64,000 bases of DNA, from the NCBI GenBank assembly GCA_965178125.1, contig OZ237748.1, positions 124,001-188,000 of the forward strand, written 5' to 3'. Within the stretch, counting starts at the first letter, position 1, and the number at the start of each line of letters is the position of its first letter. The notes beneath the pieces are model-generated. The model was not told where the DNA came from. It saw nothing but the letters and a program-made list of their open reading frames with translations, and did no database searches. Shown piece by piece: positions 14,001 through 26,071 of this stretch. The DNA is from Bilabrum cf. latius. Taxonomy: Eukaryota. The translations under genes and the position numbers were made by a program.

Positions 14001-14711
14001 GGCCAGATCGGCTGCCCCTCGCCCAACCGGGTCGGGCCCGAGCATCGACATGCACTTTGCACCGGTCTGTCCTTTCGGCAAGAAGAATATGGTCGCGCAG
14101 GCAACACGCCCCGTGGCGGGCTCGCACAGTCCCCTCGAGATCGCGACGGGGTCGCACATTGATTCCGCTAGCCCTTGCGCCACCAGCTAGCACCGAGCTA
14201 GATTCGGCCTGTCGCCCGCAGACTTGAGCGAGTCTGACAGCTTTCTGGTTGCCTAGAACATAGCCGCGCTGCAATCATCTGGGAATCGCAGGATAACTGG
14301 GCGGCCGCCGCTTGCATTGAGGCGGGCATGCTAGTAGCCTTGCAGTGCCTCGCGGGGGGGGAAACTGAGCCACCCGCGCATGGCATCCTAGACATGCCTC
14401 TCGCTGCCTTCCTTGGAGCAGAACTGTTCTTCAGCGGTATGTCCCAACCAGTCAACCGCATCCTATCTCCAGATCGGCATCGCCGGCAAATGACTCCCAC
14501 TCTGAGGAGCCCCGGATGTATTGCTATGCACTTGGTCCAGCTCATGCGGCATGACCAATCTGTGCGGTCGACTAGATGCCTGAAACCAGTAAGTCATGGC
14601 ACCCACTGTAAAAATGCTCGCAGAAACGAGTGCGCCAGAGCGAAGAAGGCACTTCGAACTGGCATGGCGTGCAGTTTCCCGCTCCTTCGTACACAGCTTG
14701 AACAGCTTCAT
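11016..14711 (-). CDS. Type II membrane glycosyltransferase with a GT10 alpha-1,3/4-fucosyltransferase domain (~1230 aa)
   Basis: One frame from MKLFK (14711) to TGA (11016), interrupted only by 8 TAGs (14463, 14388, 14331, 14253, 14187, 13761, 13098, 12357). N-terminal TM LLRSGALVSASIFTVGAMTYWF. GT10 motifs FMQSNC, VDSIGTC and VAMENTMCHGYFSEKATNPMLAHSVPLYLG. Confidence 0.8.
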
Positions 14712-15164
14712 CGAATGTGTTACCCAGAAGATAGGTAATTGAATGAGTATTGTACCTTGAACGAATACCAGACTGCAAAGCGAGATAGAAAGCAGCGAGC
14801 GAGTAGCAATGGCGCTATTGCATCGGTAGCCGCAGCGCAAACAAAAGTGACCGCCCTAGCAGGACCAGTTCAATCGCACCGAATTGTCTGAAATATATAC
14901 TCTTTTTGATGCCAGAGTGTACGCAAAAGTTACGCAATCTCCGGCCCTCTCCTGAACACAGAGATTGGATGCGCGTCATCGCTGGCAGTTCGTTGGCTCG
15001 GTCGCTACTGTGAATGTGCGACCAGGCCAACGGCAGGGCCGGCGCATCCGATCTATGCAGGTGTGCAGCCTTCGAGAGTATTGTGCATTTTCCCTTATTA
15101 TTATGAATTCCGTGTCTTACGAATTTCAACGGCTTTGTTTGCAGTAGGACTGTGAATGCAAGGA

Positions 15165-15480
15165 GACTGGGCCGGCTGCAGCTGGGCAGGTGCCGATGGG
15201 AGCTGCTGCGGCGGCGGAGACTGCGCCAACTGCAGCCAGCCGTGCCAGTCGCAAGCGTGCGCACGTTCCCTCGCCAGGTAAAGAAAGTGGGAAAGGCAGA
15301 GATGCGGAAGTTCGAGGCAGAGCCGCGCGCAATGGCGTGGCAATGGGCAGCTGCTTGTTCGTGGCCAAGAATCCCGCAGATGCACTCGCGCGCTTGCCGG
15401 ATGCAGACGACCCGAGCCCGCACGATGAGGTGGACCTCGTCAGCAACACCACCCTCTGCTGCGAGCGGGTACCTGGATAA
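15165..15480 (+). pseudogene. Internally deleted relic paralog of the large ORF at 1-6159
   Basis: GQVPMGAAAAAETAPTAASRASRKRAHVPSPG resembles ~4260-4350. RAARNGVAMGSCLFVAKNPADALARLPDADDPSPHDEV resembles ~3240-3370 (RATRSGVAVGSCLLAAKHAADALARVPDADEPIPHDEV). Ends in TAA. Confidence 0.8.
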
Positions 15481-15752
15481 TATTCAAGTGGATAGTCTAT
15501 GGGGCTGACATCGAGGCGCGCGGCAGTGGGCGGGGGCACACTTTTGGATGCATGCTTTGCCTTGTGCTGGACATCAGGCGGAATCAATAAATCGATCGCA
15601 TTTCATGTTTGCTTGTCACACACTTCATCATGCACCGGTCAGATGCGCATCGGCGGTCTCCCCAGCAGTGGTGGATGAGGCATCTGAAATTCGATCGGAG
15701 ACAACACATTGGCATCCCCGGGTTCGCTGGCAGCTTACAGCGGAGGCAATCC

Positions 15753-17985
15753 ATGTATCACCAGGGCGTTGATGTATCAGCGGTTGTCGTTAATGTAGGC
15801 TCACATTCTGTAAAGGTTGGCCATGCTGGTGCGGACGCTCCGACGGCAATCTTGTCTTCCGTGGTTGGAGTGAGGCGCCGGCGAGAGGCATCATCCGCTG
15901 CAATGGATGGTGACGACCGAATGCCATCCCGTACATCATCCGTATTAGCAGCGTCTGGAGTTCCTAGAGATGAGTACGTTGACGATTTGGACGCGGTCGA
16001 GGACTGCCATGGAGTTGACATCCGAGCAGCCACGCGAGACGGCCTTGGTAAGCAATTTCGGATCAGGCATCCGCCATAGTTGCTGTTCATGTACACAGCT
16101 GTATTAATATGAGGCAAACACGCCAAGATTGACGCGCATCGCGCTGCCGCAGCTCGCCTCAAGGACGAAGCAGCTGCAACCCCCCCCTTCCTCCTCCCTT
16201 GCACATCCCCACTCGATCGCCGCCGCCAACCGCCAACCGCCACCTTCTTCCGCAGTGCACGACTGGGACGCCACGCTCGCGCTGGTACGCAGGGGATCGT
16301 ACCGCTGCTCGTCCTCCTCCCCGCCGCCCCAGTCGTCCGCCTCCGCGGGGGGGCGACAACCAGCAGCAGCAGCGGCAGCATCCGCCGGCGGACAGCTTGC
16401 ATCTTCATCTTCATCTTCGTATTCCGACCGGGAGGCGCCCCTCGCCGGTCGCCCCATCTGCATCGCCGAGCCCGTGCTCGCCCCCTCCGCCGACCGCCGC
16501 CGGTGGGCCGAGCACCTGCTCGAACAAGAAGGCGCGGCCGCCCTCGTGTCCTCCAGGGAAGGCGTGCTGGAGTGCTTCTCGGCTGGCGCGACCAGCGGGC
16601 TGGCCATCAATTGCGGGCACTCGGGAGTGTCGGTCACCCCAGTGCAGGACGGCTACCCTCTGCTGCTGGGGCTCAGGAGAAGCACGAACGCTGGAGCGGC
16701 AGCCACGGACACCCTCGTGCGGCTGCTGGAGGGCCGCATGGCGGCGCGCGCGGGCCTCACGCCGGAGGGTGTGACGAGTGCGAGGGCGGCCCTGACGGTG
16801 GGAGGTGCGTCGGGATTCGGAGCGGGAATGGGCGCGGCCCCGATGGAGGACGACGACGGGACCCACTCGTCACACGGGTCGGCCACCTCCGGCGTGCTGT
16901 CGTGCGGGTCGATCGGGCTGCTGTACGCCTGGCCCTGCGCCTCCGTGGGCGCGCGGCTGCACGCGAAGACGAGGGCCAGGAAGCGGCCCGGCGGCGCTGC
17001 GGCGGCGGCCGGGGCGGCGTCGTCGTCCTCGCACTCGTCACACACCCTCGCGCAGAGGCTCGATCTCCTCGGCGCCCTGGACGGCGCCGGCGGTTGCAAC
17101 CGCTCGGGCTACACGGCCAGCTTCCTCCTGTGGCACGCGAGGCGGGCGGCGGAAGCGGCCAGGGAGCGGGTGTGCCGCGTGGCGGAGACCGGGGGCAGGT
17201 ACGCCGAGACGCAGGGGAGGTCCAGCGCCGATGGGGGTGGGGAAAGCGGCGGCACCGGGAGCGGTGGCAGCGGCGGTGGGGATGGTGGCCAAACCGGCGG
17301 CGGCACGATGGCCCCCGCCATACCGTACGAACTGCCCGATGGCAGCATCCTGCAGGTGGACGCGGGCGACAGGTACCGGGCCTGCGAGGTGACGATGGCA
17401 CCGTGGGAGGGACTCGGAGCCGGATTGGAGCCCGCCCGGTGGATGGCAGCGGCGGCGAAGGAGGGGGGGGAGGACCGCGCGGGCCTGCCGTCCTCGGCGT
17501 CTTCCTCCTCGAAGGCATCGGCTTCGTCCGCATCGGCATCATCAGCAGCAGCAGCCTCTGGCCGAAGCGTCAAGGAGTCCGCTGCCATGACCCTCGCCCG
17601 CCGGCAGCTCGCCCTCCACCGCTTCGACTACGAGGGTCCGTCCGCTTGTTCCCTGGCGGGGGCGTCACCCCTCTCTCGCCTGGTGGTGGATGCCCTGGTG
17701 GCATGCGAGCCTGATGCCAGGCGAGAGTGCGGCGACAACGTCGTGCTCACGGGGGGCTACTCGCAGACGGCTGGGCTGCAGGAGAGGCTGAAATCGACGC
17801 TCGCGGAGATCGCGCCCGCGGGGGCGAGGATGCGGTTCGTGCCCGCGGCTTCGCCGGACCCCCGGTTCGGGGCGTGGGTGGGCGGCAGCATCGTGGCGAG
17901 CATGGGCACGTTTCCGGATTTGTGGGTGAGCAAGGCCGAGTGGGACGAGCACGGGGAATCGATCCTGCTGAGGAAATGCGTGTGA
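15753..17985 (+). CDS. ARP4: Nuclear actin-related protein ARP4/ACTL6-like, 2 exons: 15753-16047 and 16256-17985
   Basis: MYHQGVDVSAVVVNVGSHSVKVGHAGADAP N-terminus. Intron 16048-16255 (gtaagc...ccgcag) gives DGLV|HDWD. Also YELPDG, NVVLTGG and AWVGGSIVASMGTFPDLWVSKAEWDEHG...RKCV followed by TGA. Confidence 0.85.
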
Positions 17986-18291
17986 AGCAGTGAATGCGGA
18001 TTGAATTGCAAAAGAAGAAATGCTTCCTGGGCTGCTCGGCGTGCGGTTCGGATCCAGCTCCCTCGCTCTCGCAGCAAATGGGACGCAGCAAATGGGACGG
18101 CCGCTGCCGGTGCAAGCACTGCGATCGATGCTCCCGGAGAGTGCTTCAAAGTAGATTCGTACGGTTTTTTCCCACTCAATTCGCGTGCTCAGGATCGCAT
18201 CCCGACCGGGTCAGACCCCACTCGTTGGAGGCGAGACCGCGGCCGCTGGACGCTTCGCTGAGCCGCTGATACATTCGTCCCAAACGGCTCG

Positions 18292-21200
18292 TCAGACGCC
18301 ACCGTCTGAAGCAGCCCGGGACTGTTTCATTTCGATCATGACGGCGCCCCTGGTCCCTAGGACGCGCCGAAGGTGCTTCTGCGTGCGCTCCATGCGGAAC
18401 CAATCCCGCCACAACCCGTCCCTGTCGTTCGCTCGCAGCACAAACAGCGGGGTCACGATCACCTGCCGCAGTTCCATGGAGACGGTCTCATCTGCGACAG
18501 GTCCGAACGCAGGGGGATCATCGCGGCCCCGGCCGATCACGTCGTCCGCCGGGCTGTCTGCGGGGCTCGCCGTCCCGGAATCGGAATTCGTCACGCTGGA
18601 ACGCGCGTGCGCAAGCCCCCGGTGGTGGGCGGCAGGAGAGAGCATGCCCCTGAGTGCCGCCCGCGCGCCTGTCGGCTCAGGTGTCCGCCTGACGGGCATG
18701 CTCATGTACTCTTCCTCAACCAATGTGTCAGCCCCCAGCGGACTTGCCGCGAGCAGGACGGTTCCATTGGCCTCTCCGCGAACGTTCGCTTGCTGCCGAC
18801 CACCACGGGGGTGGCCGCCGCTCATGGCCCGCCTCGGATAGCACCCCACGGACGAGCTTTTCCGGACCTGGGCCACGCTCTCTTCCCAGGCGGGCTCGTG
18901 CGCGAGCGCACCTGCCCCTGCTCCCTTGCCCCTGCCCCTGCCCGTGCCCTTGCTTTTGCCCATTCCATCTCCCTCGCTCATCATCTCCCGCTGCCCGAGC
19001 GACCGGCTGGGAGCACCACCATCGCCACCGTCGCCTGCCACCATGCGGCGATGGTGGTGCTGGTGCTTTGGCCCCGTGGCTTCGCGGATCCGCAGGACCA
19101 TGCCATTCCGGACCCCCCCTCCGCCACCCCCCCCCGCCCGGACCCCCTGTGCCAGCAGCGTGGACATTCCGGCAGGTCGGCCGGACATTCTCTGCAGCAT
19201 GGTCTTGAGGGAAGCAGATCCTCCCTTCGCCAGCACACTCGTCACACGCTGCCCCTCACCGGAGGCGCTGCTGGTCGCGACCAGGAGATCAGCTGGCTCT
19301 CTGTCGTCCTTCTTCATGATGGATGCATACTGGTTCCAGCCGTTGGCTGATGAGATCCGATCGGAGCTGAACAGCAGCTGCACCTGGATGCCCCTGGGGC
19401 GATGCATCCTCGGGAGACTGGAAGCACGCGTAGATGCTGTGCTCTGTGAGCTGCCTTCGCTGTGTGCGCTGAGTCTCCGCACCATCTCGCCCCTCGATCC
19501 ACGTATGGCGCTGCTCACTTCAACGCTCCCATGCACGTTGTCGCCCTGGAAATCGTCCCCCGCCTCTTCGCTTGTTCCCCCCGCAGCAGCCCCCGGCAGC
19601 GCCACTTCGCCCTTCAACCTCCGGGGGGGAGGGCTGGCATACTTGGCACCAGTAGCAGTGTCAGCGGTACCAATGCCGGTGCCGGTGCCGGTCCCTGTGC
19701 ACAGCTTGCCTCGATGCCTCACGCCTTTCCACGAGTCGGCAGCCACCATCTCCATGGCAATCTCATCGAGATTTTCCTCGGCGTGCTGCTGCTGCTCCTC
19801 CTCCTCCTCCTCGGACTTGTTGACGTCCGGGTGTGCCCTCAGGCCTAAACCAGTGCCCAGGGAAGAGGACAGCGCCGCAGTGGTCTTGCTGGAGACCTAC
19901 ACGGCGGCGGCGCCAGAGGGGATCGTGCTCGTGGGGGCGGCGCTGGATTGCCCTGACTGCCCGCTGATCACCGATGTCCGGGTTGTCGTCGCCGCGCCGC
20001 GCCGGCCGCCGATGGTGCTGGCGCCCGCCTCGTTGAATGCCAGTTGCAGCGGGATGCGCCCGGCCTGGTTCCGGATGCGCTGCCTGGCTGGATGATGATG
20101 CTCCTCCCGGCCGATGCTGGGCACGGCGCGATGGCCGCCCGCCATGCGGAGCAGCCGATCGACTTGCATATTGCTCTGCAGTAAGCCGTAGATGCACGCT
20201 TCTTTGGTCTTGGTCTCTCCCTCGCTCCCCGCTGCTTCGTCATCGTCATCGTAATCGCGCGCGACAGGAAAAGAATCCGGCCCTTCGCTCCCGTCCGCCC
20301 GCGACGAGGAGGAGAGGCTCGCGCCCGCAGAACTCAGCCAATTTGTTCCGATTCGCATTGCTGCTGGTTTCCCTGCGCCGAGGCCTGCGCTTGGCGACGC
20401 CATCCGGATGCGACCAAGCGACAGCAGCACGGAAAGGCTTTTTCCCTGCTGCCCGTCCTGAGCGACCGCTGCCCGCAAATCTGCGACCTGCGCCAGCTCT
20501 CTCGCGCATTGAATTGCGCCCATTCCACTGAATAGTCCGTCTCCTAGCTCGGAATCGACTGGAAATGGCAGTCCGTCGCGATTCGACGAGCGGCCGGCGC
20601 CTTTCTTGCTTTTGTGCAACGGACCGCCAGCTTGCTTGGCCAGCTTGTGCAGCACCATGCATATTTGGAGAGCATCACCGTCAGAAGGGACGAAGAACGC
20701 CCTTGCGTGCTTGGTGCGAATAACGCCGATCAGCCAGAACGAAGATGCGGCGCTTGCTGAAGCCCTCGACTCGCCGTTGCCTTGGTCTGCCTGCAAACCC
20801 TTTGCAGGAGCTTTTGGAGCAGAGGATTCCTGCGAAATGCGGCCATGTCAGCGATGAACAATCCCATGGTTGTATTATTGAAAGTCGGGGTTCCAATCAC
20901 CGACGGCAAGGTGCAAACGATAGTTGGCGACGTGGTGATCAGGCAGCCGCTGCAGTGCCCCGGCCTCATCTGTTCTGTGACATGACCGAGTCATACGAAG
21001 CAGTCTATGGGGCGAGCTATGAAAGTAGACACGTAAAATCTTACTACGGTTGCCTGCGAACCAAACTGTAAGTGAGAAACAGCATTGACGCTGTATCTGC
21101 GATCGGTCCTGCGGCTGGGAGCCAAGGATCCCCCTTGCTAGGCAGACGAGCTCGAAGTACAGCTTGCCTGCGAGCGTACGGTACCAGTATAATCTCATAC

Positions 21201-21315
21201 AATAAATCTGGTTTCTGCCACACGATTACTGCTTGAGGCGGTGTGAGCCAGGACTCACGTCTTTGTGGTCGGCCGCCAAGTCCTCGCTAGCTACCTTCGA
21301 AAACACGCAACCCAT
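18292..21315 (-). CDS. Hypothetical protein with an N-terminal MGCxxS acylation motif, possibly PH-like; spliced, 5' exon structure uncertain
   Basis: ORFs 19897-20796 and 18292-19755 share a frame and are joined through one TAG (19897); ends in TGA. Branch point and acceptor ctgac...cgcag near 20830. Upstream MGCVFSK at 21315 is followed by a GTGAGT donor. Confidence 0.55.
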
Positions 21316-22547
21316 CCGGTCGCTAGGTTCCCTGCAAACGAAACCAACGGAAGAATAGATCAAATTGTCCCGGGGATACGCCAGGAATTCGCGTTGTATG
21401 GAACAGCATCTCCTCGCGATCTCCGCGCACCATGTTTCTTCCTGCGGAACCTGACGCACCCACTGGCCTCGCACCTTGCCCAGCACCATGGGATTTCCCT
21501 ACGCGCACAGCGCCAATTAGGCGTCAACGTGATTCCGTGTTCATTGCTTCGTGACTATGGTATCCAATGTGGACATCCACTGTACGCCGATCGCAACCTG
21601 CTATCCAGCAGAACTGGATTGAACGTCGGATGCTGCCTGCGTGGCTTTTCATCAGCGGGCAGAGGGCGCTGCGTCCATCTCCATGGCACAACACTCCCAT
21701 GCATGCACAGTTACATCCATTGTCACCTCCGGTATAGGGTGGCCTGCCTTTTGGGTGCATGCATGCAGCTCATGCTGCTTGCCACTCCCAATCAGGGGGC
21801 AGCCTGTGTCCGACCGCCATGCAGCAAAGGGGGGGCTGCATTTAGTGGGCAGTGCTCGTGCTGTCTCATCCATCTGACCACATATGCAAAGAAATTGAAT
21901 CTCTGGCCGGTGCTACGAGAATACCTGCTGGGCAAAGCACGTTCGATCCCTCGGATCTAGAGAAGGTGGCGACGGCTGACGATCGATTTCTATGACGTGC
22001 GATCCATTTTCGGCTCCGAATACCGCAGGTATGTGCATGGAGCACGTAAAACTAAATTCCCTTGCCGATCATTGCTGCTGTATTATATCTTGTGTGGCAC
22101 GACCACGATAGCCTGTTTGGACTGCTTGCGTGCCCCAGCACAGTGGTGCATGGCGACATGAACGTGGCTGGATCAGTGTCTGATACGAAGCAGCACCATG
22201 GCTAGAATAAATATGTGCCTTTGGATGCACCATGCTGCCATGGCATCTCGCACTACTTTGCCCGCGAGCGGATCTGCACTTTCACCATGCTCCAGTAGAC
22301 ACAGCCACTGTAAATTGAAGGTGAGGATCACTCAGCATACGATAGATTCTATCCGAGTGCATACTTCTACGACATTTCCCAGTGTACTGGGTGTGTTATT
22401 TCCCTGAGTTTGGTTCGTGCCATTTTGCGGGGATATCAACTGCGTTGCTCCTCCTTCTCATCCACCCAGATCCCGTCTTCTCGCTTTATATTTTAGCCAC
22501 TGGCACCAAGTTCCCACACCTTTACCTGTTCCAAGTTAGTATTCGCC

Positions 22548-24728
22548 ATGTCTAAAAGCGCTGCCAGGAAGCGTACTGTCGTGTCGCCGAGCATGTACGT
22601 CCGGATTCGGCCTGCCGTGTACGATGGTTCCGGACACGACAACCGGGGCGCACTAGCCGCGAAAACGCTCGCCGGTTGGACCGACACGAGCGTAGACCTA
22701 AGCTCGAATTATTCGAGCAAAGGGTCGAGCGCCACATATACGTTTCCGAGGCGCGTTATCCGGCCGGAACATTCCCAGTCGGAGATGGCCGACACGGTGC
22801 GGCTGGACCGAATCGTTGACCAGTTCACGTCCTTGCAATCGTAGTGAGAAGCGTTTGTACTAGCGTTTGGGCAGACTGGAACCGGCAAGACGCACACGAT
22901 GTTTGGGCCAATGGCGGGACTGTCCGACGCCGCTGCCACCGAAGCGACTGCTTCGACTTTGAGAACGGGCCGGGGCGAGCATTTTGAGGCTACTGCGTTT
23001 GCAAGTAATGATGCAAGCAGGTCTGAATCTGCCACGCAATCAGCATTCCGAGCAAAAACTGCAAACAGCGCCGCTGCCAGTGGTGGGCCTTCTCTACCGA
23101 AAGGCCCATCACCCGGATCCTTCGGTGGCAGCAGCCCGGGCCCATTAGGCCTACCTAGATCTATAACGTCTCCAAGTCGTCCGGGATCGGGCCCGGAAGC
23201 ACGTTTACAGACAGGAGAAGGTACAAGCGCAGTCGGATCTTCGGCCGGTGCGTCGCACCGTGTCCCAATTGGCAGCAGCAGCAGCAGCGCACTGTCCGTG
23301 CGCGCCCCCGCTGCTGCCGGCGCATCCGGTCAGCCGCCTGGAGGGTGTGACGAGTGCGAGCACGAGCACGAGCACGAGCACGAGGCGTGGGGGCTACTGC
23401 CGCGGTTCCTGGTGCGCTGCCTGCGACAGCTGGAAGGCGCTGCAATGCAGTGCACCGATGGGGCGGGTGCGACAGGACTGTCCAAGGCGAAGGTTCGTGA
23501 AGGTTCTTCGGGTTATCGCGCCACAGTGGGCAAAGAGGAGGAGGACAAGCCGGACATGAGATCGTCATCTGCTCCTGCTCCTGCATCTCGGAGAGCCGAT
23601 GCTGCGCCGAGTGCCGACGCTTCTCCTCGTGCCGACGCTTCTCCTCGTGCCGATGCTGCGCCGAGTGGGCAGCGGCACCAGCACAGGTGGGTCATGTGCG
23701 CCCGTGCGGTGGAGTTCTATGCGTTCAGCGGACAGGACTGCTTCGGCGAGGCGCCTGTTGACGTGGACGGGGAAACCAACAACGTCATGGGGGCCACTCG
23801 TCACACCATATCGAACCTTCATGAAGCCCTGCGATTCTGCAGGGACGTGCTCCGGCACCGCACCACCCGTTCGACTTCCTGGAACCCGAGCAAGAAGGGT
23901 CTGGGTAGTATAGGGACTCGAGCCGGGGCTGGGGCTAAGATTGGGGCCAGGACTGGGGTCGGGGCTGGTGATGCTGATGGGGCTGGGGCTGGGGCTGGGG
24001 CCGGAGGGGATGCTGAAGCTGGTGCTAGACCAAGCACGGGTGCGGCCGGCGGTAGCTAGGGCGGGCCAGGTGTGACGAGTGCGAGCGAGCACGCGGGGTC
24101 GAGCCGCGGCCACGCCGCGATCGTGCTGGATCTGTACTAGCGTGTCGGCGACCGCGTATGTACACGCAACTCGGTGACCTTCGTGGACCTGGCCGGAGCC
24201 GAGGAGCGGATGCCTGACCGTACCCCCTCGATGGAGATATACTCCGCCATGATGCTGGGCAAGCCGATGGAGCAGGATTGGGAGGCGTTCTTTATCAATT
24301 TCGAGCTCTCGCACCTCACTGACGCAATCGTGCGGGCCCTCATGGTGCACAAGCAGGGCAAGATATACCGTCCCATGGCCCAGATGGCAACCCCGTGCAA
24401 CAAGGTCCTGAGCAAGTGCTTTGACGGGCGAGCATCGCTGCACTTTGTCGCTACCGTGTCCCAGGCGCCTCAGTGCGGCTGGAAGACCTGGTTCACGCTA
24501 GAAACGGGGAGAAAGTTCAGGAGGTTGGTGGCCCCACCGAGGCGGAAGAAGCCGACGACGCTCGCGAAGGCGATGGAGCGCGCCAGGTCGGAAGAGGAGA
24601 GGTTGAGAGCCAGCTTGGGCAGCAGCGGCCGCCACGGCAAGTACCGAGGGATCAAGGAACAGCAGCTCGCAGAGGCGGAGAAAGAGCTATAGATGTTTCG
24701 TATGCTGGCGGAGGAGGGAATGAAGTGA
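22548..24728 (+). CDS. Divergent kinesin motor-domain protein
   Basis: MYVRIRP, YTFPRRVI, P-loop AFGQTGTGKTHTMFG, switch I SSRGHA, switch II FVDLAGAE and LHFVATVSQ all lie in one frame. In-frame TAGs at 22842, 24057, 24138 and 24690; terminal TGA 24726-24728. One unexplained in-frame TGA at 22845. Confidence 0.85.
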
Positions 24729-24903
24729 GATGATTAGCTAACCCAAGTTTGCTCGGCAACCCGGGCAACCAGCGGACCAAGTAGTCTAGATGGTCAGTTA
24801 GGCCCCCGAAGTGCGGTCCCAGAATATGGGGATTTTAGTTTGCCTTTCGCTAAAAGGCTGTCCTGATCGCCACATCTATATTTAATTGCAGATGCTGTAA
24901 TTA

Positions 24904-24933
24904 GGGTAGCTATCCAATGCATGATAGCTACCC
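24904..24933. repeat. Perfect 11-bp inverted repeat (hairpin)
   Basis: gggtagctatc-caatgcat-gatagctaccc; related palindrome ggatagctatcc at ~25075. Confidence 0.8.
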
Positions 24934-25847
24934 AATGTATAAATATCCTTAACCTTAAAAACCTCACAGTGAGGCTCCCACCTGGCCCTTGTCCAACACA
25001 TAGTTCCTGTAGCTACCCTATGTAGTACTCACCAAGACTCCCAAGTACACTGAGGACGATCCAGCAACACCTTTGGATAGCTATCCGGATACCCGGCCAT
25101 TGTGGGGTTAAGGTGCAGCCGGAGCTCCTGGACTCCCGGGCTTGATCTCTGAAGAGGTGCTTCACCAGGCTCAGCAGCTGCGACTGCACCTCCCTGGACT
25201 CCACTCTGCGCGTTGAGTGCGACCGGCATTACTCCCTGCTGCTGGTTGGCCTCAACTTCGGCCTGCTCAGCTACTGCTGCAAGTGCTGCTGCTGCTTCAT
25301 GTTGTTGCTCTGCTCTCTGCGTCCTCACGTATTCACTCCTCCTCAGCAATAGCGCGGCGCGTAGCAGCCACTGGCAACTCAAAAGCGGACTCTGTGACGA
25401 AACTACATCTTGAACGAGGGCTTGGGACTTTTTAGGCTTCTCGCCTCACGCTTCAGCTGTAATGGCCTGAACCACCTGAGCTCCACCCTGAGTACCCATA
25501 TAGTCTATGGATCTTTCTTGGTATTAAGGAGACAGAGTCTGATTCGTTGTTGACGTCAAATGAGATGATAAGCGTCTGTGCGATGAGGATGGCTCTGCGA
25601 AGAAGGAGAACGCCGCAACACCTTGTCCGTAGGTGGGAAGAGGAATTGTAGCGTTAGACATCGTAATCTGATTAACGGAAGAGGCAGGCCACGAAGAGTG
25701 GAGGTTGGCATTTCTCCAGTCAATCGCCTCCATTCGGGGTGGAAGAGCTCAGGACTGACAGATCATCTTGAATTCTTTTGGTTGTGGTCTCATGGCTTCG
25801 GGTGCGGGTGCAGATACAGTTCAGCCGGAGCGCTAGGCCGTGATGGC

Positions 25848-25897
25848 AGGCTAAGATTTGAGTGACAATCAAGTCGCGTGCTATTCGGGCGCTGAGG
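25848..25897 (+). repeat. Dispersed 50-bp repeat, copy 2 (copy 1 at 10281-10330)
   Basis: aggctaagatttgagtgacaatcaagtcgcgtgctattcgggcgctgagg. Confidence 0.85.
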
Positions 25898-26071
25898 AGT
25901 CGCACTCGCTAGTTTTTGCAACATCTGGCGTGAACTGTGCTAAAAATACAACGTGCTGCTACTTCCTTAACCTCTGAAGGCGAGTGCATCCAGGGATGAT
26001 GCCGGACTAGCGCTCTTGGTGTCTCACGCCACCTGTGCTTCCACGACCGCCGAACGAGCAGACAAACCCCC

